Under the pieces are notes generated by a model, which worked only from the letters and a program-made list of their open reading frames with translations, searched no databases and was not told the origin of the DNA. Position numbers and translations under genes: made by a program. DNA of 64,000 nucleotides from a virus (taxonomy: Duplodnaviria; Caudoviricetes), in the IMG/VR virus record IMGVR_UViG_2547132519_000001, positions 32,001 through 96,000 of that record; one strand, 5' to 3'. How positions within the stretch are numbered: the stretch's first letter is position 1; each line of letters starts with the position of its first letter. Below, one piece after another: positions 29,522 to 40,078 of this stretch.

Positions 29522-29597
29522 AAAGAGGTATTTTATTACGGTATATCTCTTTTTTAATAGAAAAAGTTTAAACACTTCCAAGGCAAGAGGTGACACA

Positions 29598-29795
29598 GTG
29601 AAGAGAATTAAGAAGCTTAAAGGCTGGGGAATTTACCAGAACAATAATAAGGAGATAGAAGAACACAGATTCAATATAACAGTCTTACACCCGGATAATA
29701 TGGAATATGCTTATATGTGCAGCCCTTCAGACTCTGACATGGAATTCGATACGGTAGAAGCAGCTGAATGTTGGATCAATAACTATGATAAATGA
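29598..29795 (+). CDS. Hypothetical protein
   Basis: ORF track, GAGGTG SD. Confidence 0.65.
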   Translation: MKRIKKLKGWGIYQNNNKEIEEHRFNITVLHPDNMEYAYMCSPSDSDMEFDTVEAAECWINNYDK

Positions 29796-29842
29796 ATTGA
29801 GGATTTTAAATCTATATAGACAAGATAGAAAGAAGGAATATA

Positions 29843-30103
29843 ATGATAGCATATAGAAAAGGAAATGGAAAAATAAAAGAATTATTTGGATACGGAATCA
29901 TTGCAGATGATGTAATTAAAAACAATGGATATCAAAAAGTCGATGTCTTAGACATAGAAAATTATAAAGATATTCAATGGGAAGGAATTGAATTTAATCG
30001 TTTATTTATGAAAAATAATGTACTATACCGATTTAATGAATGGAATGTACTATATCCGTATAAAAGCTTGAATATTCAAGAGATAGGATTGATATCTGAA
30101 TAG
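29843..30103 (+). CDS. Hypothetical protein
   Basis: ORF track, SD. Confidence 0.65.
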   Translation: MIAYRKGNGKIKELFGYGIIADDVIKNNGYQKVDVLDIENYKDIQWEGIEFNRLFMKNNVLYRFNEWNVLYPYKSLNIQEIGLISE

Positions 30104-30131
30104 AATAGTACTTTCAAAGGAGGTTATAAAG

Positions 30132-30323
30132 ATGAGTTATGATATACAATTAACCGACAAGGAAGACATAAGAATAGGTGACACGATTTTGTGCAATGAC
30201 GGAAACATAAGAACAGTATGCCGTAATAATATAACAAGAGGATTTACGGGGTTGTGTATTTTTGGCGATCCTTACCGACTGGGATATGAAAAAGTTAAGA
30301 AAGTTATCAATTTAAAATTTTAA
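30132..30323 (+). CDS. Hypothetical protein
   Basis: ORF track, AGGAGG SD. Confidence 0.65.
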   Translation: MSYDIQLTDKEDIRIGDTILCNDGNIRTVCRNNITRGFTGLCIFGDPYRLGYEKVKKVINLKF

Positions 30324-30418
30324 TAAACGAATAATTTTATCCCCAGTTTGAAGCCATTGGACAGCGTTCCGGTGGCTTTTATAGTGGGAATAAATGAAAA
30401 TATATGGAGGATTATATT

Positions 30419-30994
30419 ATGAGAAAAGAATATACGATAGAACAGATGGCTGAAACAAGATGGTTTTATAGATTCACAGAGCCAAACGCAAAGGGCGAAA
30501 CACTTACAATCGAAATGTCCTTATGCACTAATAGTGGCGGAAGTCATGCGCTTCCGGTTTTATGGAAACAGCATGGATATATAGATAGAGTTTTAGAGAC
30601 ATACTGGAGTATATCAACGTATGTAAGAGACACAGAGGGCGCTTGTTATGGTCGCTATAATCCACAGCATAAATTAAGAGAAGATGGTAAAGGAATGGTA
30701 ATAAATTTTGATTGGATGTTTGATGCCACAGAAGATAATAAAGAAAGGTTATTTGATGAAGTGTATAGGTTATTTTCATCAGTAAAAGGTGAAACAGCTA
30801 CAGAAGAAAAGGTTAGAAAAGTAAAAGAATTTGCGAAAGAAAGAAATATTGAAGTTATGACAGAAATGCCAGAGGGATGGATTGATTTGGGTTATCGTAC
30901 GGCCCCAATTGGTTCAACTTATATGGGCAATATGAAATCTAATCGTCATAATCTTAGAGACGCAAACAGAAGAGAAGCACTACTATTAGTTTAA
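30419..30994 (+). CDS. Hypothetical protein
   Basis: ORF track, GGAGG SD before MRKEY. Confidence 0.7.
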   Translation: MRKEYTIEQMAETRWFYRFTEPNAKGETLTIEMSLCTNSGGSHALPVLWKQHGYIDRVLETYWSISTYVRDTEGACYGRYNPQHKLREDGKGMVINFDWMFDATEDNKERLFDEVYRLFSSVKGETATEEKVRKVKEFAKERNIEVMTEMPEGWIDLGYRTAPIGSTYMGNMKSNRHNLRDANRREALLLV

Positions 30995-31009
30995 GGAGGT
31001 AAATAACAC

Positions 31010-31255
31010 ATGCAAACTATCATTAAATATATAGAAGAAAAAACAAAAGTTTCTTTTGGGAGTATAAAAGATAGAGAGTGTTTTTATAGCGGAAGCGTTT
31101 TATATATGAAAATCTTACAGCAGGATTTAGACCATTTCAAAATAGATAATATAAATGCTATAAGCATTATAAATGCCGGTTTGACATTTTTTGATTTAGA
31201 TGAAACAGTATACAGAGCAGTTAGAGAAGTAGTGAAATTTAATAATAAACATTAA
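31010..31255 (+). CDS. Hypothetical protein
   Basis: ORF track, AGGAGG SD. Confidence 0.65.
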   Translation: MQTIIKYIEEKTKVSFGSIKDRECFYSGSVLYMKILQQDLDHFKIDNINAISIINAGLTFFDLDETVYRAVREVVKFNNKH

Positions 31256-31288
31256 CATTAAGATTATAGAAAGAAATGGGGCAATATT

Positions 31289-31759
31289 ATGAACATGGAT
31301 ATTTTGGCGGTAGATATTAAACATTTATCAACATATGATTTTCTTCAGGACGGAGAAACAGAGGAAGAACTTTTAAAACGTGCCAATGACTATAGACAAA
31401 ACAATATTGATTCATGGAATAAAAATTGCAAAGATTATCCATGCGAACGATTTGATCAGTATTTAAAAGAAGCATTTAACAAGGAATACAGGGTTATGAC
31501 ATGGAGCGAATTTGAACAGCTGCAAAGAGATTCTTATATTAACCAACCACTAGAAGAAACTACAGAGGAATGTTATGAAAATGCTTTGAATGTACTTCCT
31601 CCTTTAAAATGGTGCGCAATAGACGGAGTGGAAATGTTTTGTATGTCTGAAATGTATACGGGAACCTATACAAACCAGTATGCTAGGTATAAAGGGAAAT
31701 ATTATACAAAAATGGTTGATATTATGGATAAAACTACTTGGATTAATAATTATTTATAA
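31289..31759 (+). CDS. Hypothetical protein (conserved-looking LNVLPP...FCMSE motif)
   Basis: ORF track. Confidence 0.65.
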   Translation: MNMDILAVDIKHLSTYDFLQDGETEEELLKRANDYRQNNIDSWNKNCKDYPCERFDQYLKEAFNKEYRVMTWSEFEQLQRDSYINQPLEETTEECYENALNVLPPLKWCAIDGVEMFCMSEMYTGTYTNQYARYKGKYYTKMVDIMDKTTWINNYL

Positions 31760-31821
31760 GAAGATATAACAGTATAAGCGGATGAAAAGTAAGTTTCATT
31801 TAGAAAGCGGAGGAAAATAAA

Positions 31822-32298
31822 ATGGCCAAATATAAAATGATAATTAATACAGACAGATATGTTTGTAGAAGATGTAGTAAAAAGAATTGGGAACCAGGAA
31901 CAAGAAACGATTATATGCTTGCTATTAATGGTGTTACAAGAATGCTAAACAGCATGAAAGAGGTTATGTGGCAATTAGAATTATTTCATGGAAATTCCTT
32001 TCTTTCTTCTGAATACGACGAAGAGAAAAACAAAGAAGAGAATTATCATTTATCTGATAAATATATTGCATTCTTAAAAAAGAATGAAATAACGTATCAT
32101 GATAGGCTGTGCAAATTTGATAGAACACAATACTTGTCAGGCTACGGGTGGATGCAAGGTTATTTTTGTATTGGCAATGTTTTAAGCGAATTAAAAAATA
32201 ATGGATCAGTCAAGGTACCTTTTGAATGGCTTTATGATATGAGGCAGTACGATAAAAATATGAATGGCTGCTATATGGAAATTGTTAAAGTCAGTTGA
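31822..32298 (+). CDS. Hypothetical protein
   Basis: ORF track, GGAGG SD. Confidence 0.7.
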   Translation: MAKYKMIINTDRYVCRRCSKKNWEPGTRNDYMLAINGVTRMLNSMKEVMWQLELFHGNSFLSSEYDEEKNKEENYHLSDKYIAFLKKNEITYHDRLCKFDRTQYLSGYGWMQGYFCIGNVLSELKNNGSVKVPFEWLYDMRQYDKNMNGCYMEIVKVS

Positions 32299-32548
32299 AA
32301 GACGAATTTTATGTGTTAACATAGGATAATTTAAACAGAAAGGAAGAATTAGGAGGTAATGTTGATTGAATCATAATGATATACCATTAAACGAAATACG
32401 TGATTGGTTTAAATATGGTAAAAAATACAAATGGATCGAAGAACACTATAGTATAACAAGAGAACAAATTGAGGAATGTATCAGAAGGTTTGTTGAAGAA
32501 ACAATGGGAAGTTAATGAAAGGAAAATTTTATTCAAGGAGGATTAAAA

Positions 32549-32890
32549 GTGGACGCATTTACAAATAAAGAATTGGAAATTATCAGTAATGGATTATTAT
32601 GCTTGATCGCAAACGCTGGAAAGGCAAAGGGGCTTGTTATTGATGCTGCTTCACAGAATAGCATTGATGATTACATGAAAGCATTACAGACGCTAAATTC
32701 AAAGGTTTGCAAAGCAGATAGAGGGGCAGGAGATGTGCCAAGCCGCAGAGAATTGAGAATAGAGGGAGTTTTATATTTTTCTATGTTGGAGAATGAAACA
32801 GAAGAACATGCGAAGGAGCGATTTTGGAAATCGGCGTATGAATCAGGTATTATTATCAATGATGATTGTTGTTCTTATGACATTCAATAG
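32549..32890 (+). CDS. Hypothetical protein
   Basis: ORF track, AGGAGG SD. Confidence 0.65.
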   Translation: MDAFTNKELEIISNGLLCLIANAGKAKGLVIDAASQNSIDDYMKALQTLNSKVCKADRGAGDVPSRRELRIEGVLYFSMLENETEEHAKERFWKSAYESGIIINDDCCSYDIQ

Positions 32891-32929
32891 GGGTAATCAA
32901 ATTGTAATTTGATTCTGAAAGGAGTAAAT

Positions 32930-33115
32930 ATGATTGATTTATTTATTGGAAATTATGAAAGAATTTTAGGAAATAGAGTATTTATAAAACAAAAAGAAAA
33001 ATTTGTTTCAGGAACTCTTGAGAGTTTTTTGTTTGATGGAAATAAAAAACTCAACGTAAAACTCGATAATGGAAAACTTATTAAAACGGATAGAGTATAT
33101 GTAGATAGAAAATAG
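32930..33115 (+). CDS. Hypothetical protein
   Basis: AAGGAG SD before MIDLF. Confidence 0.6.
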   Translation: MIDLFIGNYERILGNRVFIKQKEKFVSGTLESFLFDGNKKLNVKLDNGKLIKTDRVYVDRK

Positions 33116-33136
33116 ATTTTAATGGAGGAAAATATA

Positions 33137-33388
33137 ATGAATAATTTTAAACCAATTTGTTGTAATAACAACGAGTGTGATTTCTGGAACGATAATAAAT
33201 GTCTTTACGGAGGAACTGGAGAAATAACTCCAAATCCAGAAAATGAAAGTGATTGTAAGTCATTTGAACCATTTAATGAAGAGGACGAAGAAAATAATTG
33301 CTGTACCTGTAGATATTATTCTGGATCTTGTGATTTAAATGGGAGTGGTTGTCGGACGGCACTATTAGAATTTTATGAGCGTAGATAA
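33137..33388 (+). CDS. Cys-rich hypothetical protein
   Basis: GGAGG SD; two Cys clusters. Confidence 0.65.
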   Translation: MNNFKPICCNNNECDFWNDNKCLYGGTGEITPNPENESDCKSFEPFNEEDEENNCCTCRYYSGSCDLNGSGCRTALLEFYERR

Positions 33389-33438
33389 AAAACAGGTTTT
33401 ATGTGATTGTAATGGATAAAATAAGATAGGAGAGAGTT

Positions 33439-33765
33439 GTGACAAGAAGAAATATTATATTTAAAGATAAAAATACAGGTAAGCTATACGTATCTCCCGA
33501 ATTTAATGGAGATAAACGAGAAATAGAAAATCGTGGCTTTAATCTTGATAGCTATTATAAGAACTGGGATGAAATTTTGAATGATTTTATTGGAATAATG
33601 ACTTTATACGACTTTAAAATGATCAGTAGAAAAGTCCAACGATATGGATCTAGTTTTCTTGGCGAGGTTGAAATACTTCCAGTAACACAGATACACGATA
33701 TTGGTCAGATTGAAAATGATGAGGTATATCTTTTATATAATGGAATAATTAAGAGAGTCGTATAA
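33439..33765 (+). CDS. Hypothetical protein
   Basis: ORF track, AGGAG SD. Confidence 0.65.
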   Translation: MTRRNIIFKDKNTGKLYVSPEFNGDKREIENRGFNLDSYYKNWDEILNDFIGIMTLYDFKMISRKVQRYGSSFLGEVEILPVTQIHDIGQIENDEVYLLYNGIIKRVV

Positions 33766-33932
33766 AAAGCACATTTTATGAGGAGAAAAGGTGATAATAT
33801 GGACGGTAACAGCAGTAAAAGCAACAATGGAAAGGATATATACATATACGACACAGAAGGCCACTATACGTGGCACAGTAGCTTTGCAGAGGCACTTGAA
33901 GACGTAAGGAAATCTATGAGAAAGGAATAGTC

Positions 33933-34157
33933 ATGGTAAACACAGTCAAAAGCTACGATGATTCGTATAGTTACGGATCAGTTATACATAAGCGAAAAAC
34001 AAGTCAATTAAATAAGTTTCGCAGGATTATGGGAAGCATTTTATTTCTGCTTTCTTTTTTTGTGCTCTATAAACTGCCAGATCAGAGCGGTAATTGGACA
34101 TTGACGGCCTGTATGTTAATTTTGGCGGTTGCATTATTTTACATTGGGAGGAATTAA
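33933..34157 (+). CDS. Small two-TM membrane protein
   Basis: Two hydrophobic segments. Confidence 0.6.
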   Translation: MVNTVKSYDDSYSYGSVIHKRKTSQLNKFRRIMGSILFLLSFFVLYKLPDQSGNWTLTACMLILAVALFYIGRN

Positions 34158-34384
34158 AAGTGAAGTTTAGATATGTACTAGATAATGATAAACAAATAAA
34201 AGTGTACCGTGGAGATATGTACCTGGGTAAATATAAAAGTTTTGACGAGATTTTTACTCTAATTATGGCGATTACTTGAGACGCGGCCTTGTCGGTTATC
34301 CAATCGGATTGTAAAAGCCGTAGCCTTCAATGGCAATCAAGGCATTTCTGGCAATTCAAAATAAATTAAAAAGGAGAAATTAAT

Positions 34385-34576
34385 ATGAAATATGGTGTAT
34401 TAGAAGAATGCAAAGATTTTATTAAGATTAAACAGGCTTTTGGGCACAGAACTTTAAGATATTATCAAAATCAATTAGAGGAGTATCTGAATAAGCAATC
34501 AGAAGAACACCCGGCTATTGTGTGTTGGTATACGGGGACAATGAGCACAGAAGATTTTATAGTGATGTGTAGTTGA
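34385..34576 (+). CDS. Hypothetical protein
   Basis: ORF track, AAGGAG SD. Confidence 0.6.
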   Translation: MKYGVLEECKDFIKIKQAFGHRTLRYYQNQLEEYLNKQSEEHPAIVCWYTGTMSTEDFIVMCS

Positions 34577-34609
34577 ATGAAGTCTTTTATTGAGAAAAGG
34601 AGAGAAAAA

Positions 34610-34969
34610 ATGAAAGAAATAGTAATAGGTTCTGATAAACAACCAAATTTTAACAGTATGACTTTATGGGAATGGGCTCCAATTTCAGAAAACTCTATAT
34701 TTTACATACTCGAAAATGATCTGTTTGAAAACATTATCTTGTATGTTGATAAAAATTCTAATGAAGGAGAAGATCTTAAAAAATGGTTAGATATAGACAC
34801 AAATAGAAACAAACAATCTGTTTATGAAAAAGCATTGGAATTATTAATACCTTGGTTAAGCACGGAAGATTTGTATGAAGCTTTTACGGTAAAATCTAAA
34901 AAAGCGCATGAAGATGGGTATAGAAGAGCACAGATAAATATATGCAAGGCTCTTGGTATCGGTAGATAA
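34610..34969 (+). CDS. Hypothetical protein
   Basis: AAGGAG SD before MKEIV. Confidence 0.65.
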   Translation: MKEIVIGSDKQPNFNSMTLWEWAPISENSIFYILENDLFENIILYVDKNSNEGEDLKKWLDIDTNRNKQSVYEKALELLIPWLSTEDLYEAFTVKSKKAHEDGYRRAQINICKALGIGR

Positions 34970-34996
34970 AAGCGTGATTTGATGGGAGGAATTGAA

Positions 34997-35371
34997 ATGG
35001 AAAATTTTTTGAGATTTGAATATTATAGAGCCTTAGATGAATCATTTTCTTACATGGTTGGCGATTTAAAAGATAGATTTGCAGATGATACCATTCTTCT
35101 CTCAAATGAGAGCGGAAAATGGAGTGTAGTAAATAAGGCGCTTTACAGTGCAGAAACAAGAAATATTGTTGAAGAAGAGGTGGAGAAATATTTCGATAAT
35201 AAGAGAAATGAAGTAATCCGTCTTATATTAGAAGAAGATTTTCTTCCATTAAATATTCAAATTATAAGAGAAGACTCTGGCTTCAAAACAGCAATGTACG
35301 AAATGATTCAAGAGGGTACATTAAGATTTAGAAATTGTGAAGGCGCGGCCGTTGAGCTGAATGAGGCGTAA
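34997..35371 (+). CDS. Hypothetical protein
   Basis: GGGAGG SD before MENFL. Confidence 0.65.
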   Translation: MENFLRFEYYRALDESFSYMVGDLKDRFADDTILLSNESGKWSVVNKALYSAETRNIVEEEVEKYFDNKRNEVIRLILEEDFLPLNIQIIREDSGFKTAMYEMIQEGTLRFRNCEGAAVELNEA

Positions 35372-35390
35372 ATTGAAAGGAGAAAGAGGT

Positions 35391-35621
35391 ATGGCTGATT
35401 ATAAGATGGATTATATAAAGACTCTAAGAGACGAGGATATGGTGTGGATTCAAAAAGATGGTGACGACGCTGAGATTAAACAGCTCATAGGCATTGATAC
35501 AGGGCAGAAATACGGAATAGGGGATAGCGTTGTACGTGTAAATATTTCTACAAAACCTAATGACGTGCTTAAATGCCAATGGAATGGAAGGACTTTCTAT
35601 TATGTTGTATTAATCCGATAG
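35391..35621 (+). CDS. Hypothetical protein
   Basis: AAGGAG SD before MADYK. Confidence 0.6.
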   Translation: MADYKMDYIKTLRDEDMVWIQKDGDDAEIKQLIGIDTGQKYGIGDSVVRVNISTKPNDVLKCQWNGRTFYYVVLIR

Positions 35622-35685
35622 ATGAAATCATGGCGTTTTGTTATACACTGTACCCTATGTCTGTATAAAATGAGGTTAATTAAAT

Positions 35686-35946
35686 ATGTGTAAGTTTTGT
35701 GAGCGTAGAAGAGATGTTGGGTTAGGTTGGCAGCAACCAGAGCTTGAGAACCTACGTGGGAATATTGTTGAAGAGTTAGAGTTTAAGGCAGTGATTCATG
35801 TTTACCAGACGGCTAATCCAGAATTGATTATATCTTCTCATAGATTCTTCCCTGATGTAATTGGAACGGAAGGTATAGCAAAAATTTATATTCCTATAAA
35901 ATTTTGTCCTTACTGTGGTAGAGAATTGGGAAAACAGAGTAGATAA
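35686..35946 (+). CDS. Zn-binding small phage protein
   Basis: MCKFC...FCPYCGREL. Confidence 0.7.
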   Translation: MCKFCERRRDVGLGWQQPELENLRGNIVEELEFKAVIHVYQTANPELIISSHRFFPDVIGTEGIAKIYIPIKFCPYCGRELGKQSR

Positions 35947-36122
35947 AAGAGATATTTTATAAGAGAGTATAATTTGGGTAAATATGTCTTTGAACGTAAA
36001 AATAAGAGCTGAATTGTCGAAAAATATGTTAATAAATATGTTGTTGTAAACGCAAATGTGTATTATAATATATTTGAAATTACGGCCGTATTTCAAATAT
36101 AATCTTAATAAGGAGAGATAAA

Positions 36123-36599
36123 ATGAAGAAGAGAAAAAGTGTTATTACTTTGGTTTTAATAGCGACGTTGTGTTTTTCGTCATCAGCATATGCTGCGACT
36201 AAAAATAATGGCGTCTCAACTACGGTGCCAGCTAATAGTGAAATTGGTGTAATTAAGCCTGATAGTACATCTGTACCTGATCAAGATCAGATTTATAAAA
36301 ATGGAAAAAGTAACGATGTTGAAGGCTCAGCTACTCATGACAGCCTATACACTAGTAAATGCTTTAAGGGTGTAACATCTATCGACTTTTCCATTACCAA
36401 TAATCGTTCGAGTTCTCAAAAAGTAAAGTTAGGTAAATACACGAGCTTAGGAAATTGCGTTTATGGAATAGAGACAATAACATTATCGGGTAAAAAAACA
36501 ACAATCTCATCTTTTAAGAATCTAAGTAGTAGTACATATTATTTTCTAGAATTCCCCGCACCATCAGACTTTAGTGGAACAGTAACAGGAAATAAATAA
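36123..36599 (+). CDS. Secreted protein with signal peptide (moron-like)
   Basis: MKKRK + hydrophobic core + AYA cleavage site; own TATAAT promoter and terminator. Confidence 0.75.
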   Translation: MKKRKSVITLVLIATLCFSSSAYAATKNNGVSTTVPANSEIGVIKPDSTSVPDQDQIYKNGKSNDVEGSATHDSLYTSKCFKGVTSIDFSITNNRSSSQKVKLGKYTSLGNCVYGIETITLSGKKTTISSFKNLSSSTYYFLEFPAPSDFSGTVTGNK

Positions 36600-36620
36600 T
36601 AAAATTAATAATGTTAAATA

Positions 36621-36656
36621 AAAACTAGCAGCATTCAAGTGATGCTAGTTTTTTTT
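36621..36656 (+). terminator. Rho-independent terminator
   Basis: AAAACTAGCA...TGCTAGTTTTTTTT. Confidence 0.75.
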
Positions 36657-36722
36657 GTAGACAAAAGAAGTTTTTAATTTTTAATAATAAATGCACAATT
36701 TCAAAGAAAAAAGGAGAATGTA

Positions 36723-36905
36723 ATGAGTAGAACGACATCAAGTATTATGAGAATTAATAAAGAATTTGATAAAATTTCAGGATTAGATGGTATTGTTGCC
36801 GACATGTTAGAAGAAAAAGAAAAGGAGATTAGAGAAATGGTTGATTACATTTTAGAAAATCATCCGGAAGCAAATATATTTGATTATTATGGCACTGGCA
36901 AATGA
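36723..36905 (+). CDS. Hypothetical protein
   Basis: ORF track, AAGGAG SD. Confidence 0.6.
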   Translation: MSRTTSSIMRINKEFDKISGLDGIVADMLEEKEKEIREMVDYILENHPEANIFDYYGTGK

Positions 36906-37165
36906 AATCAGGATTTTGAGGTGAAAAGATGGATTTGGAACAAATTAAGAGAAGATTAAAAATCAAACAATCCGTTATGAATAGCTATATTAATCAATGT
37001 GATGATATACAAGATATGAAAATGATGCTTGAAAAATTGGCTGATGATTTTACAAAGTTGGCAGATAAAATACCAACAAAATAAGTGTTTCATAATTAAG
37101 TGTTGATATTTGTTTACATTAGGAGTATCTTTATTATAATAACCAGTTATGAAAGGGGTGTCGGT

Positions 37166-37501
37166 ATGGAGATTGCGGAGTTAGAAAAGGTTATTCTTGA
37201 AAAATTAAGCAAGGGGTTGCTTGATGGAATGATTGGAAATGAGTTTATCACAGGAGATCACGCAAAGGTCGGTTTTCAAAAAATCATAAAAGATGGAATA
37301 CCTCAAATTATCCGTCGGGGTGCAGACAGTAAGTTTTTTAACAATAAAGAAAATGTGCGAGTGGCTGGAAAAGTTGTGAAAGAATTGTTTGATACCAGTG
37401 CCAAAAAATTATTATTTTTACAAAAGTATGGTTGGTTAATGAATGACGTTGATGTTAAGGCATATAGTGCGCTGTTCAAACCAAAGAAGAAATATAAATA
37501 G
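37166..37501 (+). CDS. Hypothetical protein (own promoter and terminator)
   Basis: AAGGGGTG SD before MEIAE; TATAAT upstream; hairpin at 37520. Confidence 0.65.
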   Translation: MEIAELEKVILEKLSKGLLDGMIGNEFITGDHAKVGFQKIIKDGIPQIIRRGADSKFFNNKENVRVAGKVVKELFDTSAKKLLFLQKYGWLMNDVDVKAYSALFKPKKKYK

Positions 37502-37592
37502 ATAGTTAAATAATAATATGGCTAGCAACGGTCAAATGTTGCTGGCTATTTTCTTGCAAATATAGAGAATAAAAGCGGAGACATAATATAAT

Positions 37593-37775
37593 ATGAATAA
37601 AGCAATAAGTTGGAGATCAGATAAGCATTTTACAGGGTGTGGAGCAGAGTATCAATGCACAAATGCGTATGTGAGATATGAAACCCCCATGCTTGATGTT
37701 GTCGATAATAGTGGAGAATTAATTGCGGTGGACATTAACGATAAAGATTTTATCTTTAATCATAATAGCAAATGA
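37593..37775 (+). CDS. Hypothetical protein
   Basis: ORF track. Confidence 0.55.
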   Translation: MNKAISWRSDKHFTGCGAEYQCTNAYVRYETPMLDVVDNSGELIAVDINDKDFIFNHNSK

Positions 37776-37799
37776 ATCTGGAATTTTAAACAGTAACAT

Positions 37800-38102
37800 A
37801 TGAACGTCGAGGTGATATATTTGAAAAAACATGAAAAGCAAGATTGGATAGTGCAGTATGTTAAAATGTCAAAATTAAAACATGTGGACATTTTTGATGA
37901 AGAATTTGTAGAAACCTATATTGATTGCTGCCAACCTAAAAAAGTAATAGTGCAGCCATATGGTGCTCATACCGTTCCGGAACTTGGAAAGTATCTAAGT
38001 GAACTATACCATTCCAATGTATTAAATAGAGTATCTATAGGTTTGACGCAATGTTATTCAGGTTTTCCAAGATGGTGTTACTCATATTATTTGAGAAATT
38101 GA
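37800..38102 (+). CDS. Hypothetical protein
   Basis: ORF track. Confidence 0.6.
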   Translation: MNVEVIYLKKHEKQDWIVQYVKMSKLKHVDIFDEEFVETYIDCCQPKKVIVQPYGAHTVPELGKYLSELYHSNVLNRVSIGLTQCYSGFPRWCYSYYLRN

Positions 38103-38114
38103 AGGAGAGAATTT

Positions 38115-38300
38115 ATGCTAATATGGTTTAAGTGTGAAAAGGAAAATTTAATGTTGGGAGTAGAAACAGACACAAAACCCACACTAGGAGACACAGTACT
38201 AGTCAAGAGAAAGGAATATAACGTTGATAAAGTGACATGGTGCTTAGAGCAAGCGCCTGTACAATCTGGATTATTGATAAAAATATCCCCAATAGATTAA
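38115..38300 (+). CDS. Hypothetical protein
   Basis: ORF track, AAGGAG SD. Confidence 0.6.
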   Translation: MLIWFKCEKENLMLGVETDTKPTLGDTVLVKRKEYNVDKVTWCLEQAPVQSGLLIKISPID

Positions 38301-38344
38301 TAGGGCGTAAAACTCACATTTGACTGTGAAAAGGGGAGGTACAG

Positions 38345-38632
38345 ATGTTGATGAATGAATATGGAGATATAATTTTCATCACAAAGTATTATTATAGAGA
38401 CGATATAAACCCAAATACTACATTTTACAGCGACAGACTTTATCAGTGGGATTGGGAAAAATATAATAAGTGCCATAAAGAAATGTTTTGTAATTATGAT
38501 TTTGCAAATATTGAAAAGTTCCTAAATCTATATTATCCAAACCGCAATTTGAAACTGATTTATGTTGAACAGCAAGAAAATGCAAGCAACGGATTTCCAT
38601 ATTGGAGATTCGAGTGTCACATGGATAAATAA
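38345..38632 (+). CDS. Hypothetical protein
   Basis: ORF track, GGGAGG SD. Confidence 0.65.
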   Translation: MLMNEYGDIIFITKYYYRDDINPNTTFYSDRLYQWDWEKYNKCHKEMFCNYDFANIEKFLNLYYPNRNLKLIYVEQQENASNGFPYWRFECHMDK

Positions 38633-38965
38633 GAGTTTATCAATGTTGTATTTGATGAACAGGAGGTAAAATACATGAATAATTTTACAGAACAGATCCC
38701 GGAGCATGTATCACCGGAAGTCAGAGATAAGTGCAACAATTAGTGGCGTAACTCTAATGCGTCATGATATAATAGGAAGAAAATGAAAAGGGTGGTAAAT
38801 AAAATGCCAGTATTTATAATAATTATAGCTTGGATTATTTATTTGATCTGGGACAAATACCAAAGGGAAGTCCCATCATCAAAAAGGAATATTGATTTTG
38901 TTAAGCGTTATAATGAGCTATACAAAGATATGCCTGATATGCAAATTAAGTAAAGGAGTGGTTAT

Positions 38966-39226
38966 ATGGAGTGGAAAGATTTGAGTAACGAAGCAAAGTC
39001 AATTATAGAGTGGGTAGAAGATCCACGCTCAAATAAAAGGCGGACGGTCGAGGTAGAACTAAATAAAGAATTTGTGTTTCCGATGAGTTTTGATGGCATG
39101 CCTAAAAGTATTATGGTTACAAAAGATTTGTACAAAGAAGTATTAAAGTTTGCGACTGAGGATAAAAACTTGTTTTGTGAACAATTTTTAGATGGATTGA
39201 TATTTAGTGCTCACGGTAAATGTTAG
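38966..39226 (+). CDS. Hypothetical protein
   Basis: ORF track, AAGGAG SD. Confidence 0.65.
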   Translation: MEWKDLSNEAKSIIEWVEDPRSNKRRTVEVELNKEFVFPMSFDGMPKSIMVTKDLYKEVLKFATEDKNLFCEQFLDGLIFSAHGKC

Positions 39227-39269
39227 ATTTTATAGACTTACGCAATAAGGATAGGAAAGTAATTTTTCG

Positions 39270-39479
39270 ATAAGTGCAATACTGGAACAAGGTGAAATAG
39301 TAGATGATAGCGGAGAGTACGAGCGATATTATTCTGATTCTCCTGGTGGCGAATTTATTAGGTTAAAGATTATTAATTATGACGACAAATTATACGTATA
39401 CAAAGAAAAGGTAACTGAGGATAGACAGCTCAATAAAAAATCAGAATGCGTCGCATTTTATGAGTTAAAATGTGAGTAG
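39270..39479 (+). CDS. Hypothetical protein (no ATG; probable ATA start)
   Basis: Open 69-codon frame ISAILEQGEIVDDSGEYE...LKCE between two boundary motifs. Confidence 0.45.
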   Translation: MSAILEQGEIVDDSGEYERYYSDSPGGEFIRLKIINYDDKLYVYKEKVTEDRQLNKKSECVAFYELKCE

Positions 39480-39508
39480 AAACTATATTTGATGAAGGGA
39501 AGATAATT

Positions 39509-39736
39509 ATGTTCAGAGAATATATGCAAAAATTGTCAGATCAACAATTAATAGATGCATTTGGAGAACTACAAGACTCGCAAAGTTTGGGAATATTAAA
39601 ACCTGGTGGAGAAGTAAGAAGGTTGATGGGAGTATATAAAGATTTTTATTCAACTACTGAACCTTCTATTTCAACGGTTGAGAAGGAAATTTATTATGAA
39701 ATGGCTATGAGATATTACGTGGGAAAAGAACGGTAA
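39509..39736 (+). CDS. Hypothetical protein
   Basis: ORF track. Confidence 0.6.
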   Translation: MFREYMQKLSDQQLIDAFGELQDSQSLGILKPGGEVRRLMGVYKDFYSTTEPSISTVEKEIYYEMAMRYYVGKER

Positions 39737-39769
39737 AATGATTCTTTGATATAGATAAAAGGGGATAAA

Positions 39770-40078
39770 ATGTTTGGACTATTGCTTGCAGGATTATTTG
39801 GTAAAGGGGCTCATACGGCTTATAAAGATATAGAATTTGATGCAAAAGCTCAAGCAGCTGGTCATAGGCTGCTCATAGGCTGCAATTCATCGAATGAGGT
39901 TATTAGAACTAAATGCATTTTTTCTGATACTCCTGATATGCCTAGGTTAACAGATATAGAGCTTAGCACTATAGAAGAATGGTATAGTAAGAATGGCGGG
40001 GTAAGCAGAGAAATTATGATGGGTTATTATAAACAAACCGGCAAATTTTTATTTGATGCCGTAAGAGAAAAACAATAG
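39770..40078 (+). CDS. Hypothetical protein
   Basis: ORF track. Confidence 0.6.
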   Translation: MFGLLLAGLFGKGAHTAYKDIEFDAKAQAAGHRLLIGCNSSNEVIRTKCIFSDTPDMPRLTDIELSTIEEWYSKNGGVSREIMMGYYKQTGKFLFDAVREKQ

